Of a DNA stretch of 64,000 bases, positions 1-12,211 are shown one piece after another; the first letter of the stretch is position 1, and every line of letters begins with the position of its first letter. The translations under genes and the position numbers were made by a program. This DNA is from Marsupella aquatica. Lineage: Eukaryota > Plantae > Marchantiophyta. The notes under the pieces are model-generated. The model was not told the origin of the DNA and did not search any database. It worked only from the letters and a program-made list of their open reading frames with translations. The stretch covers positions 10,218,184-10,282,183 of the forward strand of contig OZ316895.1 of NCBI GenBank assembly GCA_973895155.1. Reading direction: 5' to 3'.

Positions 1-229
1 CTTGGAAAGATCTTTCTTATGAGCCTAGTATACTCAAATTTTATTTTGAACTAAAAACCCTACAAACTTTCAAAGACTACTATCTCATTTTCTTGTCTCA
101 TTTCTTTCATAATCAAATATGTACTGTACTATATGAGCATAAAGGATGGCCTCTTTCTCTGCATTTCATCCTGGTTGTAAAAATCAATCTGACCATTTTG
201 GCAGAAGTGGAGATCCATCTAGATTTAAC

Positions 230-293
230 CCAAACTTGATTGTCACTACGATACTGTACCCAAACTTGATTGTCGCTACGGTACTGTACAGTA
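230..293. repeat. 30-bp tandem duplication ending in palindrome TACTGTACAGTA, in the GDSL promoter
   Basis: cccaaacttgattgtc(a/g)ctacg(a/g)tactgtac occurs twice. Confidence 0.85.
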
Positions 294-702
294 AACGCCG
301 TCCTCCGTCGCGCCGTCACCGTCGTCGACCTATTGTTGTGAAACTTTACGGATGGCGTCAGTGTATCGTATAAAGACTTTGTGAGGCGATGCGGGACCCC
401 CGAGACGCAAAGTGGTCGCAAGGGCCCCCGCATGCTGATGAATGTCCCCATTCGCCAGCTCAAAGTGAACTCGGACATCTCCCAATCACTCCGGCTTTCC
501 ACAAGGACGGAGGAGGGCGTCGTTCTCTCGCTTGGGTCGGGCCCCGATTGAGTGTTCCCCATTTGGGTCGCCGGATTTCGACAGGTTCACATCATTCTGT
601 AAGCGTAAAAGTTGCTGCTGCAGTGGTGGTGGTGGTGGACGAGACAAGAGACGAGAGACGGACGAGAGACGAGACTTGAGAGTCGAGAGTAGAGAGTAGA
701 GA

Positions 703-3700
703 ATGATGTCGATGAGGTCGTGGAAAGTGTGGGTCGTTGTGAGTAGCCTGCTGGGAATCCTAGTGCTGGCCCCGATGGCACAAGCGTCGTGCTTTCCAGC
801 TGTGTTCAATTTCGGGGATTCGACCTCGGACACGGGTGGCATTCATGCGTCGTTTCCTGGCTCGACTCCGGCAGAGAGTCTGCCATATGGGGAGACTTAT
901 TTTGGCAAGGCTAACGTGCGCTACAGCGATGGACGCCTCTTGATCGACTTCATTGGTGAGAATGATGACTGATGGCTTACTCCTCCGTTTCCTTTCTCTA
1001 GCTATTCTACACTGCATTATTGCATCTCAATTTCCTTTCTGTGTCGCATTATTGTTGCCACGTCTGTGAAAAGTTTTTTCTCTGTTGATAGAATAATGTT
1101 GATGGCGATCCCATCGGCATTCTGTCTTTGGCTCTCCATTCTCTTATCCTTGAGGAGGAGTGTTCCGAGGAGGCCTCGGTTTCTCTCCCAATCTGCTGCC
1201 CATGCTTGTTGGCATGATTCTGTGTGGTGTGCAAAGAGATGACATCTGTCTGCCCGTACGCCCTCGCATTCCCCGTGGACTTTGAGAACAATCTGTATCT
1301 CTGTGCGGGGTTCCTCGTTAATCTCTCAATTTCACTGCAAGCTTTTTGTCGTTGGCGACTCTTGACGACTCAAGGAAGTGTGCGTTCGTTATCGGTCGCC
1401 TAGTGCATTTGGGTTGTCCGAGGACATTGAACTTACTTTCTTCATTTGTCCACTTACTATCCTTCAATCCCGGCAAGACCCTGGTGCTCTTGCATTTCGG
1501 CTCTAGCAAGTCTTACAATGTTGACAGGCCTACGGTCCTTTGTTCGAGGCCATATGGACTTGAGTCGTCACGCGTTTTTCTCTTCCCCAAAACGCGTTAG
1601 TATCGTTCTTTTCAATCGAGATCACTTCACCTCAAAGTAGTCCCAACAAAATCAAAGTAGTCCCAACAAAATACTTATCAAAAAGTTTTGAGACTGATCA
1701 AAATGATTCTGCTGCTCGCTAATTGAGCTTCCATTGCCATCGGCGTGCTCTCTTTCATGTGTATTTTCATGGCTATAGTTCGTCTCCGTGTGCTCAGATT
1801 ACGCTCATTCGCCGCCCCTCTCTTTCTGCATTTGTGAGCAATAGCACCTCGAATTCATGTTTGCTTCAACGGGATTTTTTCACCTCACTAAATTTGGCGA
1901 TATGGTTCCTGGTTGTGATTCCGGATATGCTACAGATGAATAGAGTCACATTCATTTACCAACCGTTTTGCTCTCTAGATCTTCAGTCGGCGGTGGTCTC
2001 CCGATGACAAGCCAATCGTTCTGGAACGATTGCTTAAGTGCCTTCTCTTTGACTTCAGGACTTGATTCCAACGCATAACCTCTTTGACTGGCTTGCCGCT
2101 ACAAAATTCAAAACACCGGCTTCAAATTGAAACTTTCGCATTCTTCACGGCGTCTGCTCTGTAGTCGTTAGTATCTATACGTGGGAAAGCTTTCTCTATT
2201 TCGACGTGGCATTCCTCCGTCTGCAAAGGAGGATTAAAGCATTGAAATCCTCGGGAAAATGTTTGCATTTGTGCCAGCTCCGAACGTGTTATTAACCGCG
2301 GCCTTTATGGGTCTGGCTGGCTTGCTTGAATGCCTTCTCCAGCTACCGGTTTGGGTCTCAATTTTATCGACCCTTATCTCCAATCGGTGATCTCCAACTT
2401 TGATCAAGGAGCCAACTTTGCGACGGCGGGAGCAACGGTTCAGGATGTGCTTTACCTGAGTCCCTTCACCCTCACATTTCAAGTGAAGCAGTTCGTGGAA
2501 TTCCATGATAACGTCCAATCCCAGATTACAAATAATCCAGGTGAGAATGACAGTCTCTACCGTGCTGATTGTATCTCCAGCTGGTCCATCGACCTATCCC
2601 TTGTATGCTTACAGATTTGAGATGGACAATCGGGAGTAATCTACGATAAATCGTACTGCCAAAGCTGTGGAATTCGCTCAGCTTCTTGCCTCGGACTTAC
2701 CTGATGGGTCTTCCACCTTCTGCATACTGATTGTTGTGCATTTCATCCGTTGTTGTGGGAACTAAGTAGACGGAACGACTTCTTTTGGACCTCTGTTCGC
2801 ATGTACAGGGAATGGCAGGCTTCCGTCGTCCATGCGTATTTTTGGTGACGCTCTGTACACTATTGCAATAGGTGGGAACGATTTCACATTCGGCTACACG
2901 AAAGGCCAGACCCCGGCCCAAGTAGAGTCCTACCTTCCTCTGGTGGTCTCTGGAATCACTAACGCTATCCAGGTGAGTTCAGTCCCTGAAGCGTAAGTTC
3001 ACAAAGAAAAAGCTCATCCACAGCCTGCCATTATCTATTAGCAATTGACTCGACAGAGGATTGAATCTCATGTTTAAGTCAATCCATTGGCGCAACACAG
3101 GACCACAACGCTGAGCAGATGCATAGAAAGGACCCAAACGTCACTCGTGGCGAGGAATCCAAGGATATTGCTATTCACGCCGTAGAGTCTTCTGATCAAT
3201 CAAGAGGAAATGCAGTATGAAGAAATTGCTGTGGGACGGACCGAAGCAGAATCGAGGAAATATTCAAATATGCTGACATCAACCGATCACCCCACGGGAA
3301 AGAAACACACTGCACGTGCATGATGAATTCTGAGCAGCTGAAAAGATGCTGAATGAATGGAAGCTATAGGGACCGTTGAAAATTGAAGATAACGAAGAAT
3401 TATCCTTTGAATCCATCAATTTGAATGGCGTAGGTGCAACTACAATGTATAACCCACACATTGTCGAAAACGAGAATGGATACCGTCCATCCAACTCTTT
3501 CATCTGCAATGGGAGCGAAGAAGGGTGGTCCTTATAGAGAGAGACACAAACATGACAGCATAGGGTGATAGGTTGTAGTTATCTAATTTGGGATCCTGCA
3601 ACTAAGCCGATAAATTGTAACGTAGTCCTCATGTCTCGAATTGAAGTTACAGATTGGTACAGAATTCCAATCAACGAGTGCAGCCCATCAGAAACAATGG

Positions 3701-4653
3701 GTAGCCGAAGTACTAGAATTCGAGTTAATGCTAGAGTATCACAGTGGAACTCTTCGCCAGCATTTGCAGGGAAAAAAGTGATATCCAAGAAACTGACATG
3801 TGGAGCTGTTTGTGTGATGACTGTTGCAGACAATGTACAATTATGGAGCTAGAAACTTCCTCGTGTGGAATGTGGAACCACAAGGATGTTTGCCCTACAC
3901 TCTCACATTGATTCCGCATTCCCCTGCTGATCTGGATGTCAATGGCTGCCTCATCGCCTACAACAATGCTGCTCAATTTTTCAATGGCCTGTTGACTAAA
4001 GCCCTTGCCAATCTGCAAACCACCCTTCTTGGAGCGAATGTTATCCTGCTCGACATGTATCAGATAAAAATAGATCTAATCGGCAACCTTACGCAAAACG
4101 GTAATCTTCTGACTTTGCCTATTTACTCATCATTAAGCTAGTGATCATCTTCTGTCTGGCATTGATAGATTTGTCTCGAGGGCCGCTGATGTTACTCTCT
4201 TGAATTTCACGTGTATCAACTTTTGTCAATGATTAGTGCAACTGAATTGTTATTCTCAACTGTATTGTTATTCTCGAGCTTGTTTTAAGTTCCTTTTCAA
4301 CCAAACTGAGAACTTATTGTCACTGAACGAGGTCGACGATGACCAAGCTAACTGGGCTGTTTGCTGTGGCCGGATTTGTGGCAGGATTTCTTTCCTTGAC
4401 TGTCGCTTGTTGTGGTGTACCATCAGCGTATAACTTTAATACGCAAGTAAACTGTGGCAGCTCCGGAACTGTAAATGGAGTTTTTCTAACGGCTGTCACT
4501 TGCCCCGACCCTTCTCAATACGTAGTTTGGGATGGCGTACATAACACAGATGCTGCTAACAAATACCTTGCCCACCAAATCTTCTCAGGAAACTACTTAA
4601 TTCCACCCTTTCCAAAATTATCAGCTACTTGTGGTCTAAGTCCCTTCAGTTAG
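703..4653 (+). CDS. GDSL/SGNH esterase-lipase, secreted, 5 exons, ~384 aa
   Basis: Exons 703-955, 2343-2540, 2809-2972, 3830-4100 and 4385-4653 join in frame with GT-AG introns. The protein has a signal peptide, block I FNFGDSTSDTGG, RYSDGRLLIDFIA, block II GANFATAGA, block III IGGNDF, ACCG, and the catalytic DxxH in VVWDGVHNT. Confidence 0.95.
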
Positions 4654-5295
4654 CTGGGTTCAGACATTCTTCGGTTCGAAATTAGGCACTAGTTTCCACA
4701 GATTCATCGTTATAGATTAAAATAATTGACATGACCACCATGTTATCATCACTGTCTTCCTCTCCCGAACGAGGAAGTGTATACATAGCCTAGGAAAGGG
4801 CTTGGTCATCATTGGACCGAGTGAAAATTCATGCATGCCTATCAATTGCAATTTATGAAATTGTTTCGTCCCAACTTTGTCTACGTCTCCGTCCTTCAAG
4901 GGGAGAACGAGTTTGATTGACAAGTTCCATCTCATTTTTTGAAGCAGTCAAGGCATGGGTACCATCCTCTTGACTTCGTAGACACGTCCAGTTGTTGGAG
5001 ATGGTCGATCAATGATTTCCTACTGATTGAAAAGCTAAATCCTGACATATATCACCCAAATGTGGAAATTGAGCCTCCCTCCTGCGGCGTTACATACCTC
5101 TTGCGTGTGCTACTGTAGTGCTGAGACACCTCGCCATGCGTTTCACATTCAATTTCTCTCAAACCAAATGTGCAATTGCATTAGAGTTCATATTCGTTTG
5201 TATTGTATTATCATCTCAGTGAAGGTTTTCTGTTTCTTTTGCCAACAATACTCAACCTCACCCAAAAGAACCCGATTTGCATTGTTGTGCGATGA

Positions 5296-5432
5296 CACCC
5301 AGCACTACGCTTGCGAGAGCGGTATCACCCAGCACTCCATTAGTGAGTCTCATCACCCAGCACTATGCTAGCGCGAGCGATGTCACCCAGCACCACGCTA
5401 GCGAGAGCAATGTCACCCAGCACATCACCCAG
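5296..5432. repeat. ~30-bp minisatellite with core CACCCAGCAC (5-6 copies)
   Basis: Core starts at about 5296, 5326, 5354, 5384, 5414 and 5426, and the intervening sequences are related to each other. Confidence 0.85.
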
Positions 5433-6425
5433 TAATACACTAATAAGCCTCTCCGATAAACGGTTATCAGACTATTCAGACATTGCCTACAAAAAAACTC
5501 CACTGAACTACCTTGCACATGCTGCTTGATTACGAATTGTAGAGCTTGTAGACTGTCTACACCACAAAGGTTTATTATTTACTGTACATACATTGCCTCC
5601 AAAACTCTTTAAGGACAGACCGTGCACATGCTGCTTGATTGCGAATCTTCCGAAGAGCTTGTGGACTGTCCACACCTCAAAGTGTAAAATTGCTCAAGTT
5701 TCTTTTGGTCTTAACAGTCGTCTCTGATTGTAAATATGTGATCACAAATCAAGGAAGAATGAAAGAAGATGTGGCAGGTCAATGGGGTCAATGGCCAACA
5801 GGCATGCAAAGAAGCATACTAAGAACACTACGCAGGTTTTAAACTCTTAATTTATTCTGCCTATAGATTGCAAAATCTATGGCACAGCTCATGGTGGGCT
5901 ACCGAAGTATAAATATAACAAAGACTCGTGCTGTGCCAGTGAGTCTGAATATTCCCACGGAAATCCAGCACACAAATCTGGGTGTCGCTTCTGTAACACG
6001 CCAAAGACATTTGCAACTTACTAAGGGAATGTCAATCGACAAAATTCTGGATCTCCAAAACAATGGCATGAAAGCCTGATGGCTGGAGAAAAGGGGAAAG
6101 ATGGAAGGGCACCTCAGGGATAAGACTGACTAGCCCAAATAGAGCACAAACAACAACTGAAACAACTTCCAAACGCAGGTCAAATGAAAACGACGAGAGT
6201 TTACTATTTTGACATCGTTGCTGGCCGTTTTGATAAGGACAGCTCGGCAGGACTAACTATGTACACAGAAGCCCACTCAATCATTTGATCTAAAAAAAGT
6301 GCTCCTAAAGTTGGTAACCATGTACTGTGCTAAATATTTGATTGAGCACGCGTTTCACAAGTATGCTATTACTCAGATCGATGATCTCATTGTCCGAGGA
6401 ATTTTGTAAACAAACTATGACAGCT

Positions 6426-9400
6426 TCATGAGGATTGATCCACTTGAATTGGAGGTAAAGATGGAGTTGGTGTGGGGCTTCCCTTCATGCCCATGTAAGT
6501 GCGCAACAAGTAAGTGCCGCTGGGATCTGACAGCAAATGGCTCACTAGAAGATAACGTAGCTTATTAGGTGCCACCACAAAGGTTACCACAGCAAACCAG
6601 ACCAGGTCTAACGATGTCAACCTTGCCGCAAGAAAGCCTTTCCATAACCTGCACAATATAAACAAGAGACTGAGTATAACCGAAAAGTACGACGATACGA
6701 GTAAGAAGTGAGAACAAGGCACCTAAGGGTCATTCATCAGTGGTGAACAGCATGTGACAATGCTATTAGTATGAGGAGAAACTTCACAGTGGTCTAAATC
6801 TGTTGCGAAGAGTAATAGAGGAAGTTCAGCTGGACATCAGTAAAATGAAGGGATTGAAATGGCACGGCTTAACCGCAGTAGTAACAACAATGACTAACAC
6901 ATGAATTTTAGATGCACGGATTTTGTGTTTTCATCGAACTGAAGTATGATATCTAAAGCTTCTGAGCGACTATGCTTTTCACAGTTTGTCTGGGAATTTC
7001 AAGTTTAAAAGATCGAGGGACAGGATGTTGAAGCGTGCATTTCTGGAAGGCATTTGCCACATAGATCACAAGCCATAACTCTCGTCACAGTGGCCCACTT
7101 CTACTTCAGGGTAGTATATTACCATTCTGGCAACTCGAAGAAGGTGGCAAAGAACTCTCTGATGCCTTCAAGGTCCAGTTGCAAGATCAACTCAAGCCCG
7201 AACAGGAAAAACGCCCTTTGCCGCTTTCTCTCTTGTGGCCACAGGGCATCCCATGCTGAAATGCAAAGAGATGATTAGATCACAACAATTTGCAATGCTA
7301 CCAAACGAGGAAGCTCGCTACAACATGTTAATCGACAATCGATGCACAAGTACCTTCTAAAGCAGCAGCCTTGGGATCCTTCCCTTGCAAATCTTTTTCT
7401 CCTGAACGTAACGCTGCAGCAATTGCAGCAGCATATGCTGGTGCTTCTGAAAGTGATAGTACAACGGAATAGCCTACATATGTACAGGAGAGGCCACAAA
7501 TTAGCATGCTGAGGTGGACACGATGCATTCCTGTCACCTACTAAAGCCATCGTAAAAGATACTGGGATCAATTAAATTTTGTGAGTTGAGGAAACGAAAA
7601 GTACAGTAAAAGATTCACACGTACCAGTTGCAGGATGAACCATACTAGCAGCCGCACCAAATCCTAAGTGCTGCTGTGTTGTATCTGGCAGGGTGGCACC
7701 GACTGGGATATAAGACCATTCCTGCGAAAGCGGTCGAAATCGTCAAATCAAAATAAAATACTGCACTCAAATGCAACCCTTCATATTGTAGAAACATTAC
7801 AAAAAGTAAAAAACCACTACCGGCAATGTGGTACGAAACTTCGTCACCAAATTCAAGACTTACTTCCTCATGAATATTCAACACCTTGATCCCCATCTTC
7901 TCCAACCGGATCAACAGTCGTTCCTTCAGCAGATTAAATGACATTGTGGGTCTAGCAGCCAAGCACGTCTCCTGGTATATAAGCCAACAAAGTAAGGATA
8001 GAAGAACAAGATACCAAACTACCTGACGTTTGAGAGCTACTAAAATTTAAAAAACCGCAAATGAAGATGCCACCTCCTTACATGACTCAAAACAGGGCAG
8101 ACTTCAATGCAATCGAGTCAAATAATTGGAAACACGCTGTCATTGCACAGTTATACTGCCCACATACTGCGCACGTACGCTCCTCACCTCGAAGAATACT
8201 CGGGAACTGGATGTTGGCATTGCATATAGGAATGATGGTACTTCTTTGAACTCCTCAGCATCTGGGCAGTTTTCTGAACCCCATGCTCTATAATCCCGAT
8301 AGTCCATGAACATCATCACTTCAGGGTCGTAGTTGAAATTTTCGATCTGCAGCCCGAGAAGAAAATTAATCCCAACTCCTAATCATGACTGACAAGCAAA
8401 AGACCAGATGCTCTCTTCTTCTATCCAGTGACGTAGAGTTTGATCTCCATCAGGGCACGGGGCATCAGCCAATTCACAGCAATTGTAATTTGAATACGAG
8501 AAAGCGATTATGAGGTCCATACGGATTGGAAGGATCCACGGAACGAAAGTCCCCCTCGGCACAAAAGCAGAGCTATAACTTAATTCCGACTCGTGGGACT
8601 CAACCAGAGTTTTGACGTGGATCTTACCTCGGCTTCTATTCCATAAGCTGTCTGTACAGTAACCCCAGGTCCACCTGGCTCGTACCGTAAGAACTTCCCT
8701 GCAGCAGCTCCAGAAGCCACTGCCACAAGCCTAGAGATAGTCCACAACTCCTGTAAGAAATTGTTCACTAGGTCCTCAAAAGTCGCTTGTGGTAATGGGA
8801 TACTTGGATAAATAGCAATAGACAACCAAATTGAGTATTCAGTAGTCATCAACAGACAATTCACCTGCAGCTTAATATAGCGCCATTTTCGCACATGACT
8901 GTGCTCCCTAAGTCATTAGAATCTGAAATTCTTTCCACCTCAGAATCCAGATATTGTACGCCCGCCTCAGCGCATCTGCACATGTTGTTCGCGCCCTGGA
9001 GGTGAGAGATAAGACACGAGCACGCCGAATGATGCCAATCAATACGGCCAAACAAAGATAGATGTCTGCTTTCCGGCGAAACCATGAAATTGTAAGCCAC
9101 CTTCCAGCTCATCGACGCGCTAACCATTTCATAAGAAGGCGCCGGGGAACTCTTGCAACTTCGGCAGCTGAGTATGACCGAGAAAGCTCAGCGAAATACC
9201 GTTTCAACAATTCCTCGCGCAGGAGGTGCCGATCTACTCGTCCATAGGCACGCCCAATCAGCAAAGGGGTGTCGCTTTCGAAATACATCGCCGAGTCTTT
9301 CCAAGTCTGTCCGATACAATTTTCGAGGCCCAATGCTGTCGACAGAAACGTGAGTTTAACGGGATGCCCTCTTGACGAGTTCTAACAGGCCCTCTCTAGT

Positions 9401-10556
9401 TTCTCTTCAAAGGTAAAAATACATTTTTCTTGTGCAATTGTACATAGAAACGCAGATTGTCTATCTCGTAAAAGCTCAAGTACCTGCAAATTCGTCCTCC
9501 CACACGCCATAATTGTTCGTGAAAGGGAGGTCCGGCCCCACCAAACCGACCGATAAACCCTGTTTGGCTACCTCCGCCGCAAGTGAGAGGCCAGCAGGAC
9601 CGCATCCGATGACTATAAGGTCCAGGACTTTATCTGAAATAGGTTCAAGCTGCAAAACGTATAGAGATGAAGATGCCAGAGGACGATTAGAAGACTAGGT
9701 TACAGACGCTCCAGCCCACATACCACAGGACACCAACAAAAATTTCACACAGAGAGACAGCTTGAAATGTAGGATCATTCGCTGTCTCAGCTTCTCTGTG
9801 AATGTATAATCGCTGTGACGAAGGCCATACTCGAGCAAACGTGATTTGGAAACCAAATTGAGATGCTGTAATGAGATGCTGTAGGACAATCCAAAGGGAC
9901 GTTGCCTGTGATCGCAATGCTAGAACCAAGCTGCTCCGCAAGACAACACTTCACAGCACTGTAGTCAAATCGACCACATTTTCCGGAAAACGAAGAGGTG
10001 ATGAGGCCAAGGGGAAAACCTTCTGCCCGATCTTAGCCTGATCCATAGGCTTTCTGGCTTGTAATTGTACAAGATCAATAAATTCTCCTCCGGCTTTCAT
10101 GTAGTCAGCCTCGTCGACAAATTTCTCACGGGTCGGGACGACGGTGCTCGCAACCGCAATACTCTGCTGCCCCAAACATCTTCGACGTTGGGACCGACCC
10201 ACATGTGGTGTCTTAGTCCATACAGGCGTCAGCTGGTCTCGAAGCTTTCTTCTCTGATTATCTTGAGCTGAATATAACACCGATTTGAGACATAAAGACC
10301 AGGAAGTACAATTCCTTTTCCGGTTAGAACCATCAGGACATTGTGTGGAAGTGCTGCACACTCTGCTAGAGTCTTGTGAATGAGCAATCCTCCCATGCTT
10401 ACTAGAGGACCCTGTAATTGACAGCTCCTTCGTCTTCTTCTGAGCAGAGGATGAAGAAACACATTGCCTTTGAGATGCTACAGCTTTGCTTGCAGAAGAG
10501 GGATGAGGGGGAACATTTGCCGAGAATGCAATCTCCCAAGTGCAAACGCTGTTCAT
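6426..10556 (-). CDS. LCYE: Lycopene epsilon-cyclase, chloroplastic, 11 exons, ~630 aa
   Basis: Exons (minus) 10556-10020, 9649-9484, 9335-9200, 8975-8865, 8730-8628, 8346-8188, 7971-7864, 7721-7625, 7473-7354, 7255-7123 and 6648-6426 join in frame. Motifs: epsilon-type N-terminus FVDEADYMKAGG..VQLQARKPMD, FAD-binding DLIVIGCGPAGL, NNYGVWEDEF, VQTAYGIE, MMFMDYR, FLYAMP..FFEETCL, EEWSYIPVG, MVHPATGYSV and WKGFL. Start ATG 10556 is inferred. Confidence 0.95.
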
Positions 10557-12106
10557 GTTGAGAGAAGCCCGCGGTAGCAGACACAACTGAAACGCACAAT
10601 ACTTAAGGAAAAGCAACAAGACCCGCAATCACGGTCTCCAAGCCCACAAAACGCGGACTGCAGTTCTGCCTATCTCTATCCTGGCGTCTGGAATGTACAT
10701 AATTCTCCGCCCAGTAGCATTTCACCGTCCTAAACCAGAACTGTTGCCTCCAATTGTCCTCTGGTCCTTCCAGTACTGAAGGTTAGTAAACCGCAGCCGC
10801 TAAGGAAAGTGCCCAGATCCCCTACACCCTGCCCTGTCCAAGATGATGGACAAATCCTCCTATCCAAGCGAACCTGCACGCACCGGTACAAGCTCGTCAC
10901 AATCTGCACCGCTCCTGAAGTAATGCTGGTGCTTCGCCAAACCACCTGCTCACTCTTACTCCAGCAATTGGCTTGCACGTCGGGTCAAGATCCGAAAACA
11001 AAACAAAATTGAGACAGAAGAAGAGGGTATTGCAGTCTGCTCCTACTCACAAACAACGCTGGCGACAGCACGCCGCACAATGTGTCATCCAAATGCGATC
11101 CGAAATCATGCAACCTGAGCTGACGGAGGCTACGGAGGCAAAAAGAAGACGAGGCACAACAGCTACACAAGTACAAACCCATCTCAGGGACGAAAAGCGA
11201 GCTGGACTGAGCTGAACACAACAAGATCAATGGCCATAACACCCGACGCTCATTGTCACAGAGTGATTCGACATGATGGAGCTTGCCTACCTCAAACCTC
11301 AATGGGCGAGAGTCGAGCAGCTCACTGTACCGTCACTACCGACTCGGACGATTTCGCAATCAGCCCTCAGCAGAAGACCAACTGCATTTCGAGCTTCATG
11401 CCTCCATCCTCGAGAGAGGTAGGCACTGGACCTCCTCACGGAACGAGATTCCGTAGTCGAGTCATGTGGGGAGCGGCGGAGCGAGGCGAGCGCAGCACAG
11501 CACGGGGTGAGCTCAGCTATGGCGGTCCAAGAAGGATTGAAGAATCTGTACTGTACATGTATCGACGGAATAGGCAACCTCACGACTCACGAGACACGAG
11601 CAGTATCTCCTAATTAAGATGAAGCCTACGGTACGTTCTAACTACTCGTTACAGTAGTAATCGAAATAGAGAGTCCAATCTTTTTTATCTAAGTACATAA
11701 TCGGTCACTTCTTTTAGTTTAAGTTTTAGGGTTTTTCGCTCTTTGGTCTTCTTTGAGTTTTTTTTTGGGGTTTCTCACCTTCATTGGGCCTTTTTTTCTT
11801 TGTTTTTTTTTCTCTTTTACTAGCCTGATTACCTGTCTTTTGAATGTAAATTCATCTTTGCCTCCATCCCTCTTGTTTTTCACCTTCACTTCTATTTTGT
11901 CTTTATTGAGAGTCACTCTTAGTTCTGTCCTTGTTTAGAGTGGATGTCAGTTTGTTAATCTTTGATCCCATCCCTTTTTTATGGTACACCTTTACTTTTC
12001 AGTTTTGTCTTATTGAGAGTTGCTGTCTAGAGTCTTCACTCTAAACTGTAGCCCTTGAAAGTAACTTTGCATTGTGTTTTATTAGTAAGATTGCATCTAT
12101 TGTCTT

Positions 12107-12211
12107 GGTATCCTATCTCTTGGTTTGGCATGTTTTGCTTTTTGGCTGTGTTGTACAGAAGGTATCCTATTACTTGGTTTGGCATGTTTTGCTTTTTGGC
12201 AGTGCTGTACA
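12107..12211. repeat. 54-bp tandem duplication
   Basis: ggtatcctat..ttggtttggcatgttttgctttttggc..tgtaca at 12107 and 12161. Confidence 0.85.

Noticed and set aside
5296-5432. CRISPR-like repeat-spacer array
   Set aside because: The core is only 10 bp, the spacers are related to each other, there are no cas genes, and the context is eukaryotic. It is a minisatellite.
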